From Takakia lepidozioides (taxonomy: Eukaryota > Plantae > Bryophyta), in assembly GCA_030704615.1 (NCBI GenBank), contig CM060734.1, forward strand, positions 59,148,001 to 59,212,000: a stretch of 64,000 bases of DNA, written 5' to 3'. Below are positions 26,770-39,360 of this stretch, piece by piece. The notes under the pieces are model-generated. The model was not told the origin of the DNA. It saw only the letters and a program-made list of their open reading frames with translations, and made no database searches. Position numbers and translations under genes: made by a program. Position 1 is the stretch's first letter. Every line of letters begins with the position of its first letter.

Positions 26770-29148
26770 TTAATAAATTGATGGTAACAGATGCTATGTT
26801 TGTAGATGATACCTTCTTGATGCTTCAGGCAGATCAGCATAATCTGGACATAGCCTCCACTACCCTCAACACCTTTTGCTCTGCATCAGGCTTTAAGGTG
26901 AATTGGAACAAAACAACAGCTCCGTTGGTGGTGGATCTGTCTGCATCCATGATAGGGGTCAATCCTTCCTGGGGTGATAACCAGGGTCTTAAATGGCTCA
27001 AACCGGGTGAACCTACAACACTATTAGGGTACACTTTTGGTATTGATCTCTTGGACGAGCAGATTTTTAGACCCATTATCTCCAAGCTAAAACTCAGGCT
27101 CTCTCAGAGGGGAAGCAAGTACCTGTCTATAACCGGGGGGGCTCTGGTAGCCAATCAGATCTTGGAGGCTGGCCTATGGTATTTTGTTGCTGCCTGGAAG
27201 CCCAACTCCTCCCAAATTCAAGAGACAAAGAGACTTATCAGGAACTTTATCTGGGGGCAGAGCACTCGACCGATAAGAAAAGGCTTCACGTGGCTTGGGC
27301 TCAAATCTGTTGTCCCAAAAAGAAAGGTGGTCTAGGTGTCATAGACCCAGACATCCAGATAACAACTCTTCTAGCAAAGTGGATCCCCAGATTTCTGGGG
27401 CCGGAAGGGGGACTTTGGAAATTTCTGGTGTTTGACAATATAGCCCTTTCGTCTCCACTGAAAGCTGTCCAATGGAAGCCTTCCATCAGGTGGATCACTC
27501 AAGGATTCAACCTTAAACCTGGCTATGGATAAATATCTGGATGGCTTGGGGGAAATTTCGCCGTTTCCTCGTTAAATCAAACCCTGTCTCATATTACGAG
27601 ATGCTCAGGCAGCATCTATTCATCAATACCAATAATCCATCTCCCCAGCAAAAAAAAGAAGCTAGACGCTGGTCTGCCTGGGATACTCTCGGAGTCAGCT
27701 CTGGCAAAGTACCCTTCGTGCTGGACCTGCAGATCCTGCTCCCCGCCTATGGGCACTTGTAATTCTCCAAAACCGCCTCTCTATCATTTATGTCACTGAC
27801 TCTAACCCTTCTCACCACTCAGTCTTTGCCTTCAATATTGTCCCTATTTCTCTGGTTCTCTCTCTAGCATCTCCCTCCCCGCTGGACATCCCTACCATTC
27901 CCCTAACCCCAGTAAGGATCTGGGCTTGGTCTATGCTAGATAGGCCTTTGGACCCCAAACCTGACCTCTTGACCCCTCTGGAGAGTTGGCTATCTGGAAA
28001 TACCTTTGTTTGGATCTTGGGGTGTCCGCTAGCAGAGATGGATATCGACCCTATGGAATGGTCCTGGAAGTTTGCAAGATCGCCAGAGCCTTTCTTCACC
28101 TTCGCCACCAAGAAAGGTTATAAAGCTCTTTCTAACTTTCAATGCTTCAAGGTTAAGTGGGAAGCCAGATGGGAGCTTTACGGCTTTCGCGACAAAAATT
28201 GGTCAGCTATTTGGAGCTCTGTATGGATTAAATCTCGTCCTACAAAAATAGCCGCTTTCCTTTGGCAGATAGTCAACAGGGTGTTAAAGGTAGGGGAATG
28301 GCTTCAGTTCTGAACATAATGGAATCCCTAGAGCACTGCCTGCTTTCCTGCCATGCACCCGCCAAAGTCTGGCCGCTGGTGAAAATTTTCTATGGCCATT
28401 GGAGCTCCAAACCCCTTCAATCCCTTCATCTTCTTCTCAACTACGACCAACGTTCCAAGAACAAAGCCTTCAATTGTCCTGTTTTTGAGGCCCTCAGAAG
28501 CTCGGTCCTCTGGCACCTATGGAAAGCCAGATGTAGGAAATCCTTTTCTAGAGAAACTACCACCATCCCTCCCTTCTTTCTAATGTGTTCTATGATCTGG
28601 GAGTGGAGTCAAGGAAAGCGTGGTCAAAAACCTGTGCAGATATCGAGCGGAATTCTGGAAGCGCAGCAGCTATCCACGCTAACTTCAAGGCCACCTGGGG
28701 CAATCACGGCCTTATCTACTTCTCCCCTGAGCAAGACTCATGCATTTGGACAGAGCTCCCCCCTTCTTGCTAGCGAGACCACCGGGCAACACTCCATAGT
28801 GTCCCCTGAGTTTGAACGGGACGTCAACTGGAAACATCTGAAGCCACCTCCATAGTTTCCAGGCTCCACTATCGCTTTTCCTCATGGTAGCATAGTAGTC
28901 TAAATGAACCTTTTTCTCCTTAGCCGTTACTCGCCCTTAAGAATAGATCCATCGTCAAGTATTGTCAACTTGCTTGGTTCTTGATCTCTCTCCTGATATG
29001 GGAGGAAAAGGTCTTCATTCACTGAAATCGGTGTGTGTACCTCATGGTGTAATCGGGGTTTTAATTTTTTTCCCCACAATAAACTTAATAAATGACTAGG
29101 GCCTTGACCCCTGTTATGCTTTAAAGAAAATAAAAATAAAAATAAATT
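26770..29148 (+). mobile_element. L1-type LINE 3' half with A-rich tail
   Basis: FVDDT, FCSASGFKVNWNKT, CCPKKKGGLGV, zf-RVT-like KIAAFLWQ..ESLEHCLLSC; tail AAAGAAAATAAAAATAAAAATAAA at about 29123-29147. Confidence 0.85.
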
Positions 29149-29399
29149 ATGTCATCATTCAACATTAATAGAATACATGAACATGGTAAATATGATCCAA
29201 AATATTCTATCGAGAAACCAAAGAATACATAATACATAATGTATTTACCTCGACATTGTCCATGTTTTCATGTTGAGGAGAATTGTTCAAATCGATACAT
29301 TTTTCAGATTGTACACCACCTCGTGCAGATCCACATTATGTGCCACAAGCATGTACAGTGAGAGATCGGGTACGTTTTTCAACATTCTCAAGGCCAAGT

Positions 29400-29800
29400 G
29401 CACAAGCTTGGAGGGGCAGTGGCAGTGGGGATTGCCTTATGTGCAAACGACAATGCTCATCCTGGACGACGAGCGGCGATGTCAATCATTGAGCACACTC
29501 GTCCACCGAGTACGAGATCATGACTTTGATCTGATGCTTGCAAATATTACCACGTTCTGCCCATTCACAAATACAGCTTGCCCATTCCCCAAAAATATGG
29601 TGTAGAATTTCACATCAGACTGTGAACTACGTACTTGCCAAGGCTCCCCAATAGTGTTTGGAAAAATGACGGCTGAGTCAGGGATTGATGTTGCTCGGAC
29701 TATCACCGATTCCACTAAACCCTCAACTTTGGAATTGTTCATGATAGAAGGGGGAATTTCATCTCTAAACACTCATTCCAAAATTTTCTCTCTAAAGAGT
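29400..29800 (-). pseudogene. SWIM zinc-finger fragment of another MULE-type transposase
   Basis: WQVRSSQSDVKFYTI then, frameshifted, GEWASCICEWAERGNICKHQIKV (CxC-x7-CxH). Confidence 0.7.
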
Positions 29801-31885
29801 TCACCGCAAACGAATATTAGGAGGGGAGGCGCCCAGAGCAGGGCATTCAGCGAGTTCATTACTGTTCCACTCCAAAACAGTGCAAAAAAATCGCGGAAAT
29901 TTTGTGGGAATTTTGTGGGAATTTATCGTGGACACAAAAAAAAAAATTTATCGTGGAATTTTTTTTGCTCTTCTCCACGATATCCTAGATCCCTTGTCTC
30001 ATCCTGTTGTGCACCTGAACGTCCTGTTGGATCTCATGGTACATATTCTTGCTCAACCTGCGTCAATTGCTGCATTATGCGGCCCTCGATCGCAACGCTC
30101 TCCATCGCAACGCTGAAGGAAGGGGAAATGAATTCGTCCCGGTCCCAAACATGGCCAAAACAATAGCAACACAAAGAGGTCCACCACAGCCCAACAAAGA
30201 ATAAAGATGCAGCCCCCAGCAGACTACAAAGAAACATGAAGGCTACAAAAAACTACAAAGACAACAATACTAGTAGCTCGTGCTTGCGACCCTCTCGAAG
30301 GGGAGGAAGATTGCGACTTGATCTTAAATTTTCAGAAATATAAAAATTAATCCCTCTAATAATCCCAATCGAACATGTGAGCGTGGCCTCCATGGGTTTA
30401 AGAGTTTAATTAATATAAAATAAAATAAAATAAATCCAGATAGAGTTTTTTGGGAACTCGTGTGAACTCTTTGGGAACTTTTGGGAACAGAGTCCATAGG
30501 TTGGGAGAGCCCATAATGGAAAGTTTTCATATGAGTAGTGTAGGATAACATCTCCCACAATAATTGGCAAAACCCATCCACTCTTCTACCTCAAAGAGTC
30601 TTTTTTTGACTCGGACCATCTCGACTTCAAGTTGCCATGATATGCTTCAATTTCTGCATTCGTTTATTGACCTGCAGGCGGTACCTTCTGTGCACCAATC
30701 ATCCACATTCAAGCAAATGATGACAACATAGAATACATGATAAAACCATAATTCATATTTCAGATGAATGATAACGAAATGAAATACAAATAGAAATCAT
30801 AAATGTAATTATATATATTCTAATGATAAATAATGAAATCTAAACAGAAACCCAAAATTAAGTTTCAAGTCATGAACGTTACAATGATGAAAACAGAGAT
30901 TAAAAAACATGACCCAAAAAATCACCTGCTGCGTAGGTAGGTATTAACTTGGGAAGGTAGATCAAGGGAAAACAATCACAGCAGCCAATAAATGGAACTT
31001 TATGTTCCCAACAAGTTTCATTGGGAACAACCTTGATGTACCCACTTGGCCAAGTGGATGCATAGGTACTCTATCGTCGTGGAAGGAGGGCAGGCCAACA
31101 AAACAAGAAGTACGCAGGCTTTGATGAAAAATTCAAGTCCTCCCCCTTGCTTCAAAACTTACTCAAGCGATCCAAAGACAATGCACCATTGTAATTTGTC
31201 CCATCACTTCTCTCAGGGGTACATGTGTACTTCTTTTGCCTTTGTTTCTTAGAAGTGTGCGTATGATAGGTGGTCGTCATTGTATGAACACTATGATGCA
31301 ATGCACAAGTCCAACGAAGAGGATGTCTCCCATGTGCACTTTGCCTTAAGAACAATGATTATGGGTATTGAAACAACAATGCAAGCATCCACAGGTTGAA
31401 CTTACTCACATGCAAAGTCGGAGTCCAGCTCCTGTCTCCCCTGTATCAATATCACCGGGAAGGGGCTTCGGAAGGACTTGAGCAGTGTGTCCACCCAAAC
31501 CCATCAGGAGATTCTTGTAAATCTCGGCATCCCCTTCAATCCCAAAGAGATGTCGCGCACTGGCCTTACAAGCGTGGTACAAAGCACCTGCAGTGGAATA
31601 GAATGAAGGAAACAGACATTGAAGACACATTTGGAACGGTGGGAAGTGCTGAAAGTGCAAGCTCAAACAAACCTCATGAAATGTGAATGTTGAAGAGACG
31701 AACCTGTGCCCATTGACAAATCCAAAACTTTGGCGTCTGTGTAGGTGCAGCACTCCACAATCGTTTGAATGAAAGCCGGGCTCCTCTCCATGGCCCCTCT
31801 CCAAGGAACCCCATTCCCCCTTCGCAAGCACACGTTGCACTAGCACAGATTAACGTTTTTATGACTACGGATATCACTGCATTTG

Positions 31886-34800
31886 GAGGTTTACTATTTC
31901 ATGAGCCCATGAACCTATGAGCCTATGAGCTCATGAGCGGGCATCCGCGGAATTGGAATTTTCCTGCCTTTATTGACGGTGTTATGTCCTCTTACCTCGG
32001 TAATAGGGTCTGTTTCTCCTGGTCCAGGATGCGGAATGAGGAATTTCGGCGCCGTTATTCCCAAGAGCAGTGTGCTAAAATGGTGTTTTGAAGACATCCA
32101 CTGGGGTATTTCGGCACCGAAATTACCTCTTAAAATGTGATATAGTGCGGTATTTAAAGGCGCAGAACGGGCAATTTCGGCGCCAAAATACCCAAGTGGA
32201 ATGTGGTGAAGTGCCTTGTGCTGAAGGCTTCCATCGCAATATTTTGGTGCAGTAATTCATCCGTGGAATTTTTGAGGCCCATATAACGAAGGCGCAAACT
32301 GGGCTATTTCGGCGCCAAATTTCTCAGTAGGAATGTTAGAAACGGCAGGGTTTTCATGGCTTCAAGTTCCCGGCTCGATGGTGTGCATAAATTACTTGTA
32401 GGGTTCTTCACTGAAGTTTGCGTCTCTTCTGCTTTTATTATAGATTTTGGTTGGCGGAAGAAATGTAGGGAATGGACAAGCAGTCTGAACACAATGATTT
32501 TTCAAATCGTCAATATATTCATTAAGTGTTTCAGAACTGTACAACAAAAGGATCCAAATGAGACTTTGCTATGGTGAGGATCCGCTATCACTGTTCGATG
32601 CATCCCCGCCCTCATGCAAGGATGGCTGCCTTCCACCTGCCTCCGAACCTGCACTGCCGCTACCGCTGTTACTCTGAGAAGCCCTCCCCTCAAAAATACC
32701 ATCCTCACCAGCCGGAACTGTCCACCTGGGTGCGGAAGTGTCCTCAACATTCCCCTCGTTCTCGGGCGCGGATTCTATTACGAACTTCCCTACTCTGCCT
32801 TTCACAATTCTATGTTTGGCCTCACGCCTCATTATAATTCTCTGCTCATTCCCGTATGTCAATTGCTCTAACCGAGTAGGCCTATCCTCCCTCCTGATGG
32901 CTTCTTTGGCAGCCGTGTCTGCATAGGCTGGTAGAAAAAATGGCTTCAAGGGACTCGCGAGAAACGATTTTCTGGCAAAGAATGGCCGATGCGATTCTGT
33001 CTCCTCCTCTGCAACAGGGTCCGATTCGAGCAAGTCTCCAAGCTTCTCCTCGTCGGACGACTCTGCAAGGCTGAGTGTACGCACAAACATAGAATGAAGT
33101 ACATTAGAGAATTCAAACAGGGAATCATCGGTAGGTTGCATGGTCCCTACAACCGAAACCAATACACTTACTATGGTGCAACTCACTCGAAGACAGGCAT
33201 TGGGGGAAGCGGCTTCGGGCGCCCCTGCATCGAACGAATTTCCCGGACTTCCTCCTCTTCATCTTCCTCCTCTCCTTCCACGTCCTCTTCTGCGTTTTTG
33301 GGATCCTCAGTCGGAGGCAGACGCTGAAGGCCCGCCAAATTGTAATCATACAAGGCCGTATCCCCCTCAAATGAGAACACAAATCGGTTCGACATCCTTC
33401 CCGCCCACATACAGGCACCTGCGAATTCATACGACACAACCACAGCCAAACTCAAGAATGAGTCGCTTCCTCGCACAAGCAAACATACAGAAACGGAAAT
33501 GGTGTCAATTTCAGTGCCGCATTCAATTAACGTTCTCACCTGTATTTGCAGTGACGTCAAGGACCCTGCCTTCAACATCCGTACACGTTTCCATGAGCGT
33601 CTGGATGAATGCAGGACTCCTGGTCCTGCCATACCTCCATGGCTTGCCCGACAAATCACAAAGAATGTCCTTCTCTCCCACATGGTTGAACAGGACGTTA
33701 TACTCCAGTGGATCAACTGTGGAATCAACAAGTCTTCCTGCTTCACGTAATTTGAATTTCGAATGTTCCTTCACGAAGCAAAATGCCTGAAAGATAAGAG
33801 TCTGCAGAGAAGGAAATGAAAACGTCAGAGGTGGCCTACATGTACAGGGGCAATTTCGGCCCAGAAATTGACATAGCAGAGGAGAACCACAGCATACCTT
33901 CTGGCCATCGTTGAGAAGACCCTGCGTGTTGATGCAAGTCCAGATCTTTTTCAGGATGGGTGCTGCACTTCTCCCCGTCCATACTTTGATATCATTCTCA
34001 GTGACTTCTCCATCGGCTGCTAGCACAACAACACAGCCAACGTCGTCCAACATGTTGGCTGCGAACCCGAATGTGTGGCTCCAGTATCTTTCGCCGTACT
34101 TGTTCCACCAGGGAACTGAGCCCAGCCCCAGTATCTCCTGCCCATCCGGGATATCCACAAGGATCATGTCGATGGAGGCTTTCACCGCCCTGCCCCCGAT
34201 TGTGCTCTTTTTGCCGTGGCTCATCGCCACAAAATACTCCATCATCTTTGTGTAGCCAGGAGTGTCCTCCATATCATTGCCAGTGGCCTTCTTCTTCCCC
34301 TTCCCCTGGTGGGCCTCGATCGCCTTCCTCAATCTCGTTATCTCCAGCCTTCTGGTCAGAGCAGTTAGGAAATTTTCATTAACACACTCCACAATTGTGG
34401 GTGTTTTGAGGACTTCCCTGCCCGCAATGTGCACCGCACGGTAGGGTCTGCCAGGTGCATCCTCGTATAGTGATCTCTTCGCAGCCGACCCCCCGGAGCG
34501 CTGGCCCTTGTGAATTTTCGGACGAGGTGTGGCCCCCTGGGTGTTTTCCTGCTGGAAATCGTCGTCGGAATCCTCCTCATCTGGCTGACTGTGTTGCTGC
34601 TTCTTCTTCTTGGGTGTGGGGGTCTTCGTCTCTTGCCCCTGTTTGCGCGTTCTTTTCTTCCTGTCCTTGGGCTGCTCAGCTGCCTGCTTCTCCATCTGCT
34701 CCTTCGCCAACGCTGCCGCCTTGGCTGACTTTCTCAGTGCTTTCTGCTTGGCTGCCTTCTCTGCTTTCAGTCTTTCCGCGTCCTCTGGTTGGGGATCCGA

Positions 34801-36230
34801 TTGCGCCTTCATAGCCCTGGCATTCGCTTCCTTCTTCAAGTTAACCTCCGAGAGGTCAACGGTCCCACTTGGGAGATCCACATACCAGGGGCAGTCTACC
34901 AAATGCTCGGCATGCCACTTCTTCGCCATTATTTCTGTGTACATCGTTCCACGACCTCCAGGTGTCCTCCACGCCAGGAAGAATGGTGGAACCCTTTGAA
35001 TGGCTCCGGACGGAATGAGTGCAAAGTTTATGTACCTGCAATCACGAGGCAGTTCAACAAAAATCATAGGAGAAAATTATACCTGATGCCACCAAGTCAT
35101 GACATTGAGCCAGTCGTTCATTTTGTCGTCTGTTGGCTCGATGGGAAAGTGGTACAACAGCTTCGTGTTTGTATGGCCGTTCCAGATTCGCAGCCACCTC
35201 GTCTGCAGCCACCTCACATCGGTCAGACAAGAACTCCAACATAAGAATCGCGAGAAGTCACAAAACAAAAATAAACACATGCTTACCTTCTCCGCCGGCT
35301 CAACACAGAACACTGCGATGTGATGAAGTTTCTCCATGGACATTTCCGGTTTCATGGGTCTGGAGTAATGCAGTCCTATCTCCGCCAGGAACTCGGCACC
35401 AAGACCAGGGTCAGCGATTGCAACTTGCTTAACAAGTTTGGACCTGTACTTGGCCGGGATTGCTTCCCTGCCTGCACAATATGACACTCTATCGACGCGT
35501 CCGCCTTGTTGGGGGCATCATTCTCAAAGAACTGCCTTTTGGCATAGGCCAAGTCATCCCTGATGTTCATCTGCATTCCCATACCCAGCAGATACAGTCA
35601 GGCCACGGATCCCTGCAACAAATAACATTAAATTGATATTGAAATTTGAGATGAACCTCACCGAATAGAAGATCTCCACCATGGCGTCCAGTGTTGGTCG
35701 GTACCAGGTGCGATCTGCTTTCGCTAGGGACTTCCTGTACAGCTCGGGATCGAGGGACTTTTGGAAGTCCGTCAGCGGAGCGTGTGCCAGATGAGTTTCC
35801 ACAAAGGCCCTCTCTGTTACCCTGCCATGGAGAAAAAAAACAACATGAAAATATGATTTCGGCACAACAATCCAATTTCCAGTTCATAGAGTGCATGACA
35901 TTGGTGAACATTGCCTATTTCGGCGCCGCAATAGGCAGTACACAAGGATATAATTGTATACTTACAGATTTATATCCGCCATGGCACCCTTCAACAGTCC
36001 TCTGTCCCTGACGTCCACCTTCACGACAATGCAGTCCACCATGTAATGCCAACTGATATCTTGCGGATGCATTTCAGCAATGTACTCTGTCCAGGCAAGC
36101 ATCCTGTGGTTCCCGTCTTCCACAATGACATTATGTTAGACTGTCAAACATGTGGTTTGCCCCTTGTTAGTCACCAGGTTTCGATGGCTCCACTATACTT
36201 AAAACAGTGTGTTAACATGATCTACTTGAG
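31886..36230. mobile_element. Left part of a Mutator-like element of the same TIR family as 1-4489, carrying the ParB-MTase-like gene
   Basis: Starts GAGGTTTACTATTTCATGAGC (19/21 to the TIR at 4469-4489), followed by ATGAGC repeats and ATTTCGGCGCC motifs at about 32040-32320. Right end not found. Confidence 0.6.
32569..36130 (-). pseudogene. Multi-exon gene: ParB/Srx-like domain + coiled-coil/acidic linker + beta-class N6/N4 DNA methyltransferase-like domain
   Basis: IVEDGNHRMLAW (36103-36117); GT-AG introns (e.g. 35965-35822, about 33897-33803, 33539-33419); SIDMILVDIPDG (motif IV position, 34144-34155); spliced RSPAFIQTLMETCTDVEGRVLDVTANTG/ACMWAGRMSNRFVFSFEGD (motifs X-I-II). Stops or frameshifts near 35480-35600. 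Confidence 0.7.
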
Positions 36231-37857
36231 ATGAACTAGAGCAGTCTTCAGGGGAGCCCAGGCCGGGAAGTCGCCTTGTCCCCGATCCTACAAATTATCC
36301 TGTGGGGCCTAAATTTTAAGGGAATTTGGCATCAATTGATGCTCTGAGAGAAGCTCATGAGAATATTTGGAAGGCTATGGCCACTAGTTTCAGTTTTACA
36401 CCCAAGCCAGTTTTACACCCAAGCTTCACCTGCCTACTCCCCAGTTGATCCCTAATCCTTCTGCTCCATGAATTTGAGCCCTTTTTTTTTTCTTTTTTTT
36501 TGGAGCCTTTCTGGATACCAAAGGTCAGTATATATACCAGCTGGTATTCATTAATCTTACTCAAATTGATACCAGTGCATAACCAATTCAAAAAACTGTC
36601 ATTAACCCATAATGGACGCGGCGACCCATTTCGGGTCACGTCAAAAATCATCCACGATGGCAAATCGTTGGATGACCTTGGATGAAAACACTTTCTGAAC
36701 GAAAGTTGTGCACCTTGATGTCATGCACCTGCCCGTCTTTATGGCACCCTAAAATAATGAAAGCCCTGTTGTCAGTAATTTTTTTAGTGTGCAAGGGTGC
36801 CCGAAATTGGTCGTCCAGCAGGTTTGACTTGCTGACGTGGCAGGCTGACGGGGTGATAACAAGGCAAAAGTACAAATGGAAACAAATGCAAATCTCTGCC
36901 TGAATTTTTGTTAGAATTCTGAATTTCTTTTTGGAGGTAGTAGTTCATCATTCAAGGAACATTTTCACCGCAGCAATTGTGATTCCAAGGAAATTTCAAC
37001 CCTCTAAGCCTAAATTACATGTCATTTGAGCTTCATGGTGTATTTTTGACCCCCATGTTTTTCCATACAAAACAACCTTATCAAGATTTTAGAATTCTGC
37101 TTTGAAATTTTGGGGCAACATGCTTTAGGTGCCACATAATTGGAATCTGGATGGGGTCTCGCGAGGAAAAAATATTTTGTCGATCCAATTTCCTGGTCAA
37201 TCCATTTTTCCACTTTAAATTTGGAGTGTACCCCAAATTTTGGGCTTGCAAATTTCTTATATTCTTCCAAACGACACGGTGGAATGAGCTGAAATTTTCA
37301 CAGAAGCTGGATGAAGTAGGTAGCCTCCCATTCATACGGTTCATCCCTGTGGATGTTAGTTTCCTGAGAGATATACCCTCATCCCTGAGGGTATGTCCTG
37401 TTTTGGAGGGGGCCCACCAAAAACTGCCTCGTCAATTAGGGGTTAATGGATACCAGGCTGGTGTCTAAATTGAAGCAGTCCCCTAGTACCAGTTTTCCAT
37501 GATATCTCACTTTTGGCATGCACCCATATACCAGGACCAACCTTGTATCACAAAATATCTAGACCAACACTCATAGAGACGGTTGTGAAAGAGGTTATCA
37601 ATGAGAGTGAAGTCTCAGTCAGCAGTTTTGTTTTGGAAATCTGGAAAATAGCACGAGTGGCTGCAGGAAATAGCCATACATTATGTTCATCCATGGAAAT
37701 CTGGATAGAATCATCCTCCTCGGTATTTCCATCCATTGATATCATCCATATTCGGCAAATTCATCCCTATTTAATTTTTTATTTGGAAAAGTTTGGCGAT
37801 TTCATCCATGCAAAATTGAACGGGGAATTTGCTACAGAATGTTCCGGCTTAATTTCT

Positions 37858-37967
37858 TGAGGTCAAAATTTTGCGATTATTCGCCACTAAGAGTGGCTAG
37901 TCTCAGTCATACAATCTTTGTAGCAGCCATTCTTTTAGTGGCGATTAATCGCAAAATTTCGACCTCA
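37858..37967. repeat. Small foldback / MITE-like inverted repeat
   Basis: TGAGGTCAAAATTTTGCGATTATTCGCCACTAAGAGTGGCT pairs with AGCCATTCTTTTAGTGGCGATTAATCGCAAAATTTCGACCTCA (arms of about 40 bp). Confidence 0.8.
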
Positions 37968-38215
37968 CAAAACAAATTGGAATATAATTCCCTGTTTTCT
38001 CACATCAAGGGAAAACAATCAGAGCAGCCAATAAATGAAACTTTATGTTCCCAACAAGTTCCCCTTGATGTAACCCCCTGATGTAACCCCTGATGTGACC
38101 CCTATCGTGGTGGAAGGAGGGCAGGCCGACAAAACAGAGAGGACGCATACCTCACTCATCTCTCGCAGTGTCTGGCTTGGTGCAGGGGTTGTGGGTCTGC
38201 AAGAGAGCCGCAGCG

Positions 38216-39076
38216 ATGGAGAAGATGTTCGGGCCCGCGTATACTGGCGACTCCGGTGTGCCTCACTCTGACAAGGAGGGATTCGCCTCCATCTTCTGGG
38301 GCTCTGTGGCATTCTCAGCCTACTCCATCGTGTGTCCTTACTACTGGGAACAGTGCAACAACACGTTCAAGTGGGAATTTTTCTCTCTCCTCTTGCTTCC
38401 CAATGCTGGGCTTTTGGGGTGGTCGGCCGTCACCAGTATGCTTGTGCAGCACCTCTGAGAGACATTTCCATGAAGAGCAGAATAGGGTTTAGAGGTCCAG
38501 CAAACCATCTCGTCTCTGAAACATACCCTCTTGAGGAATTGAGTTTGACTGTGCACAGGGTGTGATGGATAATGGGTTTCTAAGTGCAAGAGTGTCGGTG
38601 TTACAGCTGGCATGATCATGCTATGGTGTGCGAGAATCATCAGCTGAAGCGAGCCATGAAGAAAGGAAAGCCTTACGAGTTCAAGGTCTGTATGTCTCTC
38701 TTTCTCGATTGGCCGTGAGGTCTATAGTGTCTTTGGCTTGAATCTCCACTTTTCCTCATTATGCTTGCGGTGTGAGGCTTTGATTCTTTTGCAGAATGGT
38801 CGGTATTCTTTCGAGATTTTTTCTCCACAGTGAGGGTCAAATCAAGTCTCACTCACTTGAAGAAATGCATGTAGCCGATGCACGAAAAAAGGCTCAGTGT
38901 TGTGACCCACTAGATTCTTATTTTCATGCTGGTCTAAGTATGTTGAACACGCCCTCACCTGGCTACTCGTGACCGGGGTGGACGGATACTGGTTGGGTCG
39001 TACGCAGTGGAACAAATTCATGAACAAGGAGCAGCGCGAGGCATACTACCATAACTGGCGGGACTATTTCCCCTAG
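38216..39076 (+). CDS. Conserved small plant protein, 100 aa, 3 exons (38216-38370, 38607-38685, 39008-39076); possibly a small subunit of the chloroplast Ycf2-FtsHi import motor
   Basis: GT-AG splicing gives an open 303-nt CDS: MEKMFGPAYTGDSGVPHSDKEGFASIFWGSVAFSAYSIVCPYYWEQCNNTFNWHDHAMVCENHQLKRAMKKGKPYEFKWNKFMNKEQREAYYHNWRDYFP. It is colinear with an Arabidopsis protein I recall as MEKYFGNAYRGDPGVPH...PYEFKWNK...YYYNWPVYFP. The functional label is from memory and needs BLAST. Confidence 0.85.
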
Positions 39077-39224
39077 ACGGCAGCTTTGGCCAAGGCTATA
39101 TTGAAAAAGTAGCAGACTGCTACAGGTTCTGCAAATGGATCTGTGCAAGTACCTTTTTATTGGAATTTCGAACCCCCTGTCATGTCTGTATGGCACATAG
39201 CAGCTGTCAAGCCACTATGGTGCA

Positions 39225-39360
39225 TTTTAAGCAAGGCCATCCACACCATAGCATTTGATGTTGTTGGTATTTTGTTAATGAAGTCCTCCACCTCATCCAA
39301 TTGACCTACGCGGCCAAGAAGGCCAACCATGCAGCCAAAAGCACTCTATTGTTGGAGTGA
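39225..39360 (-). pseudogene. PPR (S2/E motif) remnant
   Basis: FGCMVGLLGRVGQLDEVEDFINKIPTTSNAMVWMALL. Confidence 0.75.

Noticed and set aside
26391-27335. 314-aa ORF as a novel host-L1 fusion gene
   Set aside because: A Ser/Gly-rich stretch runs fortuitously in frame into a degenerate L1 fragment; no evidence of function (the stretch might be a SEC5 tail, but this could not be confirmed).
36234-37850. Non-coding TE-like block truncating the ParB-MTase element
   Set aside because: No termini, TSD or coding motif could be identified, so it was not classified.
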